Below, piece after piece: positions 53,530 through 64,000 of a DNA stretch of 64,000 nt (positions within the stretch are counted from its first letter, which is position 1; the number at the start of each line of letters is the position of its first letter). This DNA comes from Haliotis rubra. Its lineage: Eukaryota. The position numbers and the translations under genes are program-made. The stretch covers positions 372,001-436,000 of the forward strand of contig NW_025765914.1 in NCBI RefSeq assembly GCF_003918875.1, written 5' to 3'. The notes below the pieces were generated by a model. It saw nothing but the letters and a program-made list of their open reading frames with translations. It was not told the origin of the DNA and searched no databases.

Positions 53530-54466
53530 TGACACTCATAGCCACACGCTACAATACTATTATACCCATAGCCGCACGCTACAATACTATTATACCCCAT
53601 AGCCACACGCTACAATACTATTATACCCCATAGCCGCACACTACAATACTATTATACCCCATAGCCGCACACTACAATACTCCTATACCCCATAGCCGCA
53701 CACTACAATACTCCTATACCCCATAGCCGCACACTACAATACTCCTATACCCCATAGCCGCACACTACAATACTATTATACCCCATAGCCACACGCTACA
53801 ATACTATTATACCCCACAGCCGCACACTACAATACTATTATACCCCATAGCCGCACACTACAATACTATTATACCCCCATAGCCGCACACTACACAATAC
53901 TCCTATACCCCATAGCCGCACACTACAATACTCCTATACCCCATAGCCGCACGCTACAATACTACTAATTTCGTGCTTTCAAGTTTACACAGATTCCCGA
54001 ACGTTGGTTGGTTGAGAGAGCGGTCATGTGGATCTAAATTTCAAGGTTCATTACTCTTGAACCCCTCTAATCGTTCATACTTTGTGTAAACACCGTTCAT
54101 ACGTGTGTGAACGTTTTTCGCTTCGGTTTCAAGGACCCCCTAATAATTGGTGATACCAATTTCAAGGAACGAACCTGTTTCAAGTCACCCCAAGTTTGGC
54201 AATGTCACTACCAAAACGGATTGCTGGAACATTGTTCCTTTTTCACAGGAGTTTAATGTCTCGCAGTTTGCGGGTTCATCCGGCGGTTTTCTGCCCCGAG
54301 GTCTGTTTCAACAACTGCTCAATAAATTTCACAATAAACAATCACAAATAAATAGAATACAACAAGATCTGTTTCCTATTCGCCACGCCGCACAACTGAA
54401 GTCGGTCAGTGTATTATACCCCATAGCCACACGCTACAATACTATTATACCCCATAGCCACACACT
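53530..54466. repeat. Minisatellite, ~31-bp unit (ATAGCCGCACACTACAATACTATTATACCCC), interrupted by a ~445-bp unrelated insert (~53966-54410)
   Basis: Units at 53530-53965 resume at 54411-54466. Confidence 0.9.
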
Positions 54467-54830
54467 GATATAGGATGAACCAGAATCTAAGATATCGCTA
54501 ACCCCCGCATTCGAATGTCTGTATACTTTTACAGTCAGCCCTTCAACAATGGCTAGTTGTTTTCAAAGAGAAATTACTGAAAGTTTTTTAACTTATATCA
54601 CGCCTCTGAGATAAAATTAATCAAATATGCAGTTTTTAAAGATCTATATGTGAGTAACTCCAATTCTGTTATACACTCTCTGACAGTATTTATTTAAGCC
54701 TAGCTTGATTGTTGTCGGAAATTTTGTCAGTAGTTTTGTCAAGATAGTTGGCTTTGACGGCCTTAGTCTAAACAATTCATAATATTTACTTCTGTATCCT
54801 TGAATTTCTATAAAAAGCTTCTTCATCCTG

Positions 54831-54926
54831 AGGGGTGGTGAGGTGGCCTAGTGGTTAAAGCGTTGGCCGAAGACCAGGGTTCGATTCCCCATATGAGTAC
54901 AATGTTTGAAGCCCATTTCTGGTGTC
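54831..54926 (+). mobile_element. SINE family A, 5' part (runs into the gap; a matching tail appears at 55657-55703)
   Basis: tRNA head and GAAGCCCATTTCTGGTGTC. Confidence 0.8.
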
Positions 54927-55169
54927 NNNNNNNNNNNNNNNNNNNNNNNNNNNNNNNNNNNNNNNNNNNNNNNNNNNNNNNNNNNNNNNNNNNNNNNNNN
55001 NNNNNNNNNNNNNNNNNNNNNNNNNNNNNNNNNNNNNNNNNNNNNNNNNNNNNNNNNNNNNNNNNNNNNNNNNNNNNNNNNNNNNNNNNNNNNNNNNNNN
55101 NNNNNNNNNNNNNNNNNNNNNNNNNNNNNNNNNNNNNNNNNNNNNNNNNNNNNNNNNNNNNNNNNNNNN
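54927..55169. other. Assembly gap (243 N)
   Basis: Run of N. Confidence 1.
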
Positions 55170-55171
55170 TC

Positions 55172-55642
55172 AAGCTCAGCTCAGCTGCTCAAAGGCGCTT
55201 TGTTTTTCCCTCGTTCACTGGATGTCAATCTCAACGGCACATCGTATTGTCAATCTCAACTCCCTGGGGACCATACAACTCTTGCAGCCACTAGGCGCAC
55301 CGAGTTATTGTGGCATTCCCATCCTTACGAGGTACCCATTCACAGCTGGGTGGACTGGGACACATAGTCACAATATTTTGTCCAAGTTTACTGCACGTTG
55401 CTGTACCCGCAACTGGGTGTTTGCACGTATTCTTGTGGCCACATCTGGTCGTATACCAACTGATTCGTGGGTTCTTTTAAGTGCACAGGCTTGTGTACTG
55501 TACACTAGGGGTTGTGACAACACTGAAAGAGTCTGCACACAAAGTTGACCCCAAGGTTTTTACACCCGGTCACAGGTGGGCTCGATCCCGTCACCTCAAG
55601 CCCGCTGGATCACTAGCCTGGCGCTTTAGCCAGTTCGCCCAA
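55172..55642 (-). mobile_element. Third SINE family: tRNA-like head plus a conserved central-domain motif (CCAGTCCACCCAGCTGTGAATGGGTACC)
   Basis: Minus-strand head GGCGAACTGGCTAAAGCGCC...GGATCGAGCCC; motif resembles the Deu/Nin-type SINE domain (from recall); (GCTGA)n tail. Confidence 0.65.
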
Positions 55643-56344
55643 CGCTATTATTGTACAATATTGCTAAAAGCGGCGTTAAGCCATACTCACTCATTCACTC
55701 ACTTCTTCACCTTGAACAGTTCTATACTAATAACTTCTACCTGTCAGTGGTTCTACACCTGTATTGATAATCGTTACCCTATGTATATTGTGAATACATT
55801 GTGAATAATATAAACCTATATCCCTTGCTGACGTCATGACGTGATATCATATACTTACTCGTATGACTCCGTCAACATCCTGTTACACTCAGCCCACTTT
55901 TGAAGGAATCGAGAGTCACTCCAGCAATCGGCATTACTTGTAATTACTGTAAATATATAACCAGTGGAGATCCGGGTTAGAATTGGTCTTCAGTAGCCCA
56001 TGCTTGTCATAAGAGGTGACTAACAGGATTCCGTTGGACTTTAGAAGCAAGATGGTGGTGAAAATCATAGGAATGGATCACTGAAAGTCTGTGACGAAAG
56101 TATTTGGTACGTTTGGGTAAGTCACACACCATGTCACAACCTCTGCATTAAAAATGTAAGAGTAGCAATGTCTAGGAGTGAAAAAGACACCATTTATTGA
56201 AGTAGAACACACATTTTGTAAAGCTGTTGCTCTCTGACAAGTGTTGACAGCGACTTGTAGATGTCGTATCCATGTGTAAAACTGAACCCAGTTAGTCCAC
56301 AACACTTACACTGAGCACACCCCTCCCACTTCCCAACAATACCA

Positions 56345-56612
56345 GGCCCCGATTTCTCGAAACAAACTTAAGTCTGAGTTTTGACTTAAGTTAGAGTTTT
56401 TACTCAAATTTGAGAAAATGCATTTCCCAGAATGAACTAAAATCGATAATAAACTCAAACATAGTACACAATTTGAGTTTGGTGGATAGATTACTTAAGA
56501 TGTTTGGGCTCTTTTATTTAAAAAATGCAGTTGAGTTTAAAATTCAGCTGTTTCAAATTGTCAAACACAGTTTGAAATTTGAGTAAAAACTTAAGTTTGT
56601 TTTGATCGGGCC
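56345..56612. mobile_element. MITE (GGCCC...GGGCC ends, possibly PIF/Harbinger-like)
   Basis: Inverted ends GGCCCCGAT..AAACAAACTTAAGT / ACTTAAGTTTGTTT.GATCGGGCC with CAG/CTG flanks. Confidence 0.7.
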
Positions 56613-57537
56613 CTGCTAACCCTGCATGTCCAAACAAAGTCGAATGTTAACCCTGAACAAATAGGAATGCACTACCTGTGTATGTCATATTCGTGAAGGA
56701 GTCCCACAATGGTGATTTCGCGAGCCGCGTCAAACGTCAGTTTTGACCAAAGTAAGCAAAAGATCCATGGAAGGCAGAACATTATGTATTATATCAAACA
56801 AAAGCTGAAGGTAGTTTTTACAATAGTACCATTTACATTTGGGTATTTAGTCGGTATTATCAACTTTTAGTTAATGTTTCAAATTTTGAATATTTGTTCC
56901 ACTCAGTTCAGATCACTCTAAATATTCCAAAATGCAAAGATTTATGGGAGATATTCACATACACACTTAAAGGCAACAATCTAATGACAGTTGACTTGCA
57001 TCAAACATAAAAAATACCGTTTGAATGGAATAATATGAATACAGAGTATGCATGGTACAGTGCATAGAAATACCAGCGATTCTGTTCAATTCGATTAGGT
57101 TTTGTTTGGGAATACCTGTTGGTCAAACAAATGCTTTTTGTATGGTTGCTGGGTGTACAACGCTGTACACAACAAATGCCCAGCAATATGAAGGTAGTTT
57201 GTGATTAATCAGATCTGGATCAGACAATCCGGAGCATCGATCTGCCCAATTTGAGAACGATGACATGCATCAACAAAGTCGGTGAGCCAGATCACTTGGC
57301 ATCTTTAGCCGCTCCTGGTGACCAGTATTCAAACAAATGTAATGTAAATTGTAGGTTGAATGAGGGTCACACAGGTAGAGTATAAAGTCTGGGTTTACAG
57401 CACATATGGCAGGAACAGTTTCCATTAAAATGGTGGACCTTAGTAGCTCATGGCCTACGTCTTCATTATGCAAACCCTTAACTCTTTGGACTAATCCCTC
57501 TACTGTGTCGTATGGATGAATGTACTAATTTTATATA

Positions 57538-58850
57538 CTCATGGAAACAAATAAGGGAACGCATGAATTGATTGTCATTGATATATATTTGAACATGTAA
57601 GAGAAAAGTCCCCACAGTTGAAAATGTTTGTCTCTAGCGATCATTTTTTATATCGGGTGTGTCCCCCATATTTGTGGACTACTGCTTGGCATCGTCTTGG
57701 CATGCTCCGTATGAGTTTACGAACGGTACCAATGGGGATTCTACGCCATTCTTCCTGTAGAGCCCGGAAAAGTTCATCCAAGTTGTTAGGCTGCACAGGT
57801 CTTTCACGAACATTACGACCAAGAACATCCCATAGATGTTCAATGGGACTAAGGTCTAGACTCTTTGCCGGTCATGGCAACACTCGGATGTTTGCAGCCT
57901 CAGTCTGTCCCTACAAACATGGGCGATATGAGGGCGGGCATTGTCTTGTTGAAATTAAACATCCTTCCTGCCGTACGCGGAAATGGGATTTAAAATTTCG
58001 TCACTATAGCGTACACCTGTCATCCACCCATCAACACGAGTAAGATCTGTTCTGCTGTCAAAGGTGATCCAGCCCCATACCATCACAGAACCCCCACCAA
58101 AACGATCATGCCGTGTAATGACGCAGGCACTGAAACGTTCACCAACATTTCTCCAGACCCGGATTCGTCCGTCATTATGGTCTAATATGTACCTGCTTTC
58201 ATCGCTAAACATGGTGTGTCTCCATTGGCGTAAGGTTCTTCCACCATAGTTGCGTGCCCACTGCAGTCTTAAGCGCTTGTGCTGCTCAGTCATGTTGATT
58301 CCAAACACAGGACGACGACCAGCTGATTTAAGGCGATTCCGTACAGTACGGGAACACATTCCAACGTTTGTCCTGAATTCTGCATTGATTTTGGAGGAAG
58401 ATTTAAACCTGTCTCGTAAGGCAATAAGGCGTAGGGTCCAGTCATCCCGAGGGGTAGTTTTGGATATCCGTTTTCGACCACGTCTCATTTTGACATCTCC
58501 AGTCTGTCTATACAGGCTCCAGAGCTTGGACATCACGCTTACAGACTTCTGAAATGTCGTGGCAACCTGTCGTAATGAACTTCCACTCTTAACCATGCCA
58601 ATTTTTCCCAGTTTTGTGCCAAAGTCAAGTAATGTCTCGCCATGTTACCGCTGATTTTAAGCTGTGTGTTTAACAGCATTAATCTAAAATGCCCATGACT
58701 TCAGGAACACGTAATGCAGGTGCAAGTAAACCAACTTGGTGAGTTTCAGCGCAATACTTTTCATGATAACGGCAAAACACCAGTGAACATAGTTCAATGA
58801 AATGCCACATTGTTCTAAGAAATATGCGTTCCCTTATTTGTTTCCATGAG
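57538..58850 (-). mobile_element. Tc1-family DNA transposon, perfect 27-bp TIRs (CTCATGGAAACAAATAAGGGAACGCAT), TA TSD
   Basis: TIRs read at both ends with flanking TA; internal transposase. Confidence 0.95.
57690..58625 (-). pseudogene. Frameshifted Tc1 DDE transposase (track ORF 57955..58596 is the longest piece)
   Basis: FSDESR and DRFGGGSVMVWG in the ORF; QQDNARPH (~57927-57950) and SLDLSPIEHLWD (~57827-57862) lie beyond a frameshift. Confidence 0.9.
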
Positions 58851-60227
58851 TATTATAAGGAATGTTCTGACGGCTGGTCTTGCAAAATCTGACATTGAAT
58901 TTAATACGATACTTTTTCGGAGAGTTCATGGGGTTGAAATACCTTTAACAGTGAAACATAATCATGATCATGACACAGTTTGAACCGTATATCACTATGA
59001 TATATCGACATTCCCTTTACTTTTCGACACTTTGTCCTGAACCTATGAAGAAAGATATGTAACTACACCTGGTCTCCACATTTTTAACAAATGCTCAGTA
59101 GATCAAAGAGTCAAGTTTTTTACATTAAATTTGTCATGTGGGATATTGGCGTAAAAAGTTAAAAAATCAAACGTTCCGAAAGTGATAGTGTTAAGGATAA
59201 TAGTCAATCATACTACATATTATATCATGGAACAGTACTAGAATAATCTGGGAAGAAGAAAGCACCCATAAAATCCTTCACGTGTTGTCCTACTGTTGGC
59301 ACATTACCTATCTGAAAACGATGTACTGATTCTGTATGCAGACTACCTGTAATATCCCGGGGGACAGAAATACTGTATACCTTAGCGTTAGGCTTAAAAT
59401 TACGAATACCGACACATTAATCTTTTGAGATTAATCGAAGTTGTTCGTGCACGATGTCCAGCTTACCATCGGAATTGTCACACAGGTAGGCCAACATCCG
59501 AACGTTACCGTCAACCGGCAGGGGAATTGAACAATACCGTGACGGTATTGTTGCATTACATCGCTGTCGAGCGGCAGCCGTCTCCGCCCTGAAGGAAATG
59601 GCATTGATATATAATGTTACAAATGTAGGGGACATTCAATTTTGGGGCAATATTATCTGGGAACTAAGTTGAACGATTGCATATGGACTTAGACAAAGGG
59701 TATTCACAATGTGCCATGAATTTCGTGCAAATACGCCTATTTCATGGAAGAACTTTTTTCATGATGTGCGTATGAACATGGTCGGGGTAGAATTAAAATG
59801 ATTTACAGTAAAGTTGCCAGTGTGTTGCCGTACAGCTCATTGACAAAAACAAGACAGAAAGTTATTCAGAGATTGTTTTTAACTCAGGTAAACGTTTTGG
59901 ACATACGGCGTCTGTCACGTCAGGAACGGCTCGAGCATTGTTACGAGCGAACACTTGAACCGCTAGGCTACCCCACCGCCCCCAAAAACGTTTGTGATAC
60001 TTACGAGCAGTCAACTGAGAGCGACCCATGTGTTGTAATACTTGACGGGGAATGAATGATATTAAACAACGCCTCCTGGGACAAAACCTGATAGCACTGG
60101 ATGAGCCACCCGTCGCACTCAACCGGTAAGCGAAATTCAGTGGAACCTGAAATGGTGATGTTAATTTCCTAAACGAAAGTTCCTGGCAAATATGCCATCA
60201 TTTGGTCAAAAAACAACTGTATAACTG

Positions 60228-60477
60228 ATGAGTGAGTGAGTGAGTTTAGTTTTACGCCGCACTCAGCAATATTCCAGCTGTATGGCTGCTGTCTGTAAAT
60301 AATCGAGTCTGGACCAGACAATCCCGAGCTCAACTGCATGAGCATGGATCTGCGCAATTTGGGAACCGATGACATGTGTCAACCAAGTCAGCGAGCCTGA
60401 CAACCCGATCCCGTTAGTCGCCTCTTACGACAACCATGGGTTACTGAAGATCAATATTCTAACCCGGACCTTCACGG
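60228..60477 (-). mobile_element. SINE-like family B (~250 bp, no tRNA head), full-length copy
   Basis: Multiple dispersed copies share the 5' start CCGTGAAG(A/G)TCCGGGTTAG and the family A-type 3' tail with (CACT)n. Confidence 0.88.
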
Positions 60478-62068
60478 ATGTATAACTGATGACGATGGTG
60501 ATGATAATCATGATCATGCTTTATCACATTGAGGCGCTCGTATACCATGCATAAATGTTTAGATGTTTTCTGAAATAAAAGAATCTTTGTAGATAATGCA
60601 GAAAAAAATGTTTCATTTTTCCACACACAGACTAAACCTGACAATGATGAATAGATCATAGTATTATAAATAAAATGGACGGAATTATGATGAAACCGCC
60701 CTCTAGTTACAGAAATGAGCGGCCCGCTGATTCCTCAACTACAGGCCATTATCAGTTCTGTTGTCAAATGACGTCATAGCAGGTGACGTCACGCTCCATA
60801 ATGACGTCATAAATCTTGTTTCATGATCTTAGACACTCTCCTATCAGAGTTCCGTGCGGCAAGCCAGCATAGTACCTCTGCCACAGGCCAGAAAAATGTG
60901 ACGATTCGTCATATCTTGCAATGTCCATTCAATATAATGTACAGATTTCTTAGCTCTTTTATTTTTGACGAGTCTACACATCTAACTAATCATCTTTAAT
61001 AGAATGGTTTAGTTTCACTGAGAAAATATCCAAAAACGTGTAACACTATTTCGATTTGCTCAGCGATCCTTTGTTTACATAGGTTTTACGGCTCCACGTG
61101 CTGTCATCGAAGCTGATGGAGAGCAAACGATGCAGCCAGTTTGATATCTAAATGTGTACTGTCATAGACCTTACTGTCGCAGTTGTGGAAGAATATATAT
61201 GTAACAATGTAACACGTTATGAAGAGAGCGCCGAAAAGCTTTCGTGAGTCCAGTCTCTTCTTATTATGAATATGCGCGTTAGTTTACAAACAAGAGAAAA
61301 GTCCGGTCACGTGATATGCAAATTAGCCTGTGGCAGTGATGTTATGTTAGTCATCGCTGTGCCGGAGTGTGGATCTTAGAGTGTTGCGAGTAAGTTGTTT
61401 GAAATTAAATTTTAATTTATGATACTGTTTTATCTTTATTTTACACAAATTCCACCCATTTTAGCTAGACTTCTGCAAATGACAATGTCCTGCAAAACAG
61501 CATTACCCCAATAGTGTAGGGATACATTCAAAGGTTTTGGGGACTCGGTTTTCAAATTGCGACCGTATATGCTGATTATACGGTCGGAAATGTATAGCAC
61601 TGGCCAATAAGAACTCGTGTTACATACTAAGTTGAATCAGAATTACTACTTACATGATACCAGACACCCAATAAGGAGAATCTTCAAACTATCCATACCG
61701 TCTGTCAGATCCTGCGTGTGCACGTTTACAATCAGCGTCAATCTGATCTATATGAGCAGTTTTGCGTGAACAAAGGTTACACGTGGGCGTCATCAAAATG
61801 TCCCTTGCCCACGTCGTAAATTATAAATAATTACATATAATTTGTGGGTTTAATTTAAAGGTAGTGTCAAGCAAGGTGGAGTTAACTGCAAAGTGAAAGT
61901 TAACGCCTAAGGTCAAATGTATCATCATATTGTGAATATACGTGTATGGGAACACTCCAAATGTGTGAGACAACGAGCAGGAGAAAAGTCAGCGCAGTAC
62001 ATGCTTTAATACGGGTTGTTCGCTGTGTAAAACCAAAACAAATACAGAAAAGAGAAAAATAAGGAAGA

Positions 62069-62227
62069 GTGAGTCAGTCAGTTTAGTTTTACGCCTCTTT
62101 TAGCAATATTCCAGCAACATCACGGCGGGGGACACCAGAAATGGGCTTCACACATTGTACCCATGTGGGGAATGGAACTCGGCCGGGTCTTTAACGTGAC
62201 GACCGAACACTTTAACCACTAAGCTAG
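62069..62227 (-). mobile_element. tRNA-derived SINE family A
   Basis: Reverse-complement copy. Confidence 0.85.
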
Positions 62228-62572
62228 CGGTGTGGTGTGGTCAGTGTGATGAGCTGGTTCCTATTTTCAGACAGAAGAGACAAGACTAGTTGAGAAATGT
62301 GTAGGCATATTTCTGAATATTCCAATGTAGACTGACCCAGAGAGTTTAAAAAGTTCTTGAACTTTGTTTTGTATGTAAGGGGACGCCTTGCCTCAAGATG
62401 ACCATCTGTTGTGTGAAGATCACTATTCGCCCTGTATTCTCAGTCGAGGCCTCTTTTTGAGGGCTTAACAAGTAGTCCACTGTTGCAGGGAGGTGAATAG
62501 TATCATCAGTTTCTATATTGCTGCAAACACTGCTTTCATATTATATTGTCAATTTATCTGTACTGCCACGCC

Positions 62573-62969
62573 GGATGCCAGCTATAACGTCGACAAAGCA
62601 GAACGGCGACAAAAAAATTGGCGCAAACGGCGACAGAAATGTGGCGCAAACGGCGACAGATTTGGTCGGAACGGCGACAGTATATTTTAGATATGAATTT
62701 AATAAAGATACATTTGCGATAAATATCTAAATGAAAATAACGACATTCCTAATATGATTAGGATTACAAAGGCTTTTTGATATTTAAATGTCGACTTGTG
62801 ATGGTGTTTTTAGAGTCGGGTATACCATTGATTTTGAAAATAGAAAACCTATGTATGTCCAGAAATACTACTCTACAGTAATTACTGTCGCCGTTACAGC
62901 CAAATTTGTAGCCGTTACCGCCAATTTCTCTGTCGCCGTTCTACTGTGTCGCCGTTTCAGCTCGTCCCC
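62573..62969. mobile_element. MITE with TIRs, subterminal AACGGCGACA repeats and an 8-9 bp TSD (GCCACGCC)
   Basis: Inverted ends ...CAGCT..AACG.CGACA.AG.AGAACGGCGACA; identical flanking direct repeat at 62565-62572 and 62970-62977; MULE- or hAT-like. Confidence 0.85.
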
Positions 62970-62994
62970 GCCACGCCGACCTCTTTCACAAATT

Positions 62995-63162
62995 GGGGGC
63001 GGTGGGGTAGCCTAATGGTTAAAGCGTTGGCTCGTCACGCCGAAGACCCGGGTTCGAATCCCCACATGGGCACAATGTGTGAAGCCCATTTCTGGTGTCC
63101 CCCGCCGTGATGTTGCTGGAATATTGCTAAAAGCGGCGTAAAACCAAACTCAGTCAGTCAGT
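62995..63162 (+). mobile_element. tRNA-derived SINE family A, full-length copy
   Basis: A box TAGCCTAATGGTTAA, B box GGTTCGAATCCC, 3' tail GCTGGAATATTGCTAAAAGCGGCGTAAAAC plus tetranucleotide tail; more than 10 copies in the window. Confidence 0.9.
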
Positions 63163-64000
63163 TTCACAAACTGATTTTCAGTTACCTTGTTGTTTGACCG
63201 AGTAATCAACTCATTAACGTCACACTCAGCTACCTTCCAGCTTCGAGACGGCGGCCATGGCCCTAGTATGGTGATTTACCTTCAATTGTTGGCGATCTAA
63301 AGCCCGGTTTTATACTGTATTGTCCCAAAATAGTCATATAATTTTAAGCTAAATGCTCGTTTTTTATATCTCAAATTGTGATATTCTAGTTGTTTCAGTG
63401 TCCTTTGTCGACAGATTTTATATTCTAGTATTATATATTGTTAACGTGTTACCTGTCACGACATGGCTGAAATATTGCCGATGTGACTACACACTCACCC
63501 ACTCACTCATGACGGCGGTCTGTATATGATCTAGCCTGGGCTAAACAATCCAGTGTTTGAGCAGTGACATCATGAACATCAATCTGTAGAAGTGGAACAG
63601 GCTGACATGCATCAAGTCGGCGAAGTTGACAACCCGATCCCAACAGTCGCCTCAACGACAAACAAATAGTATCGATGCAGTGTAATATAATATAGTTACC
63701 ATGAGGGTATGAATTGATCCCTTTAGATGTATAAAGATACAAGTTTCACAGTTACCTTTGTCTTAATTGTCTTTACACCACGTATGTGGAGGGTAGTGTG
63801 CATAGAACCCAGGCCACACATTTGTTGAAGTTCGGCAACGTTGGTCACGGAGAGTCCTTGGGTGGGTGACGGGTTTATAGCTTCACTATGAGAGTTTCTG
63901 GCACTTCTGTTGTTCTGCCCCACAAATAAGCACATGTGACAAATCGGCAAGTGAGTCTGTTCAAAACTGCCTCTGTTCATCCAGTATGGGTTCTTTTTCA

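Noticed and set aside
54823-55548. ORFs spanning X runs
   Set aside because: Artefacts of the N gap.
62995-63070. tRNA gene
   Set aside because: The tRNA-like head continues into a multi-copy SINE body; no proper acceptor stem or terminator.

Overview
Eukaryotic (animal) genomic DNA, AT-rich and repeat-dense. The SINE families suggest a gastropod mollusc, possibly abalone-like (inference). The window holds one complete minus-strand gene encoding an IR25a-type ionotropic receptor co-receptor (iGluR superfamily). I assembled 15 coding exons from ATG 43775 to stop 2980, all with GT-AG junctions and matching phases: 2805 nt, 934 aa, comprising signal peptide, amino-terminal domain (ATD), S1, M1-P-M3, S2 with co-receptor extra loop (CREL), M4 and tail. 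About a quarter of the window is minisatellite (units of about 18-39 bp), which explains most of the long ORFs in the track. Also present: two degenerate Tc1/mariner elements, several MITEs, a truncated LINE, at least three SINE families and a 243-nt assembly gap. Most notable: (i) a 24-bp minisatellite whose unit contains the exon-8 splice donor, giving identical in-frame alternative donors, with a decayed parallel at the exon-2 donor; (ii) a SINE-like family with no tRNA head that starts with a conserved, potentially pseudoknotted RNA module; (iii) loss of the CREL N-glycosylation sequon.
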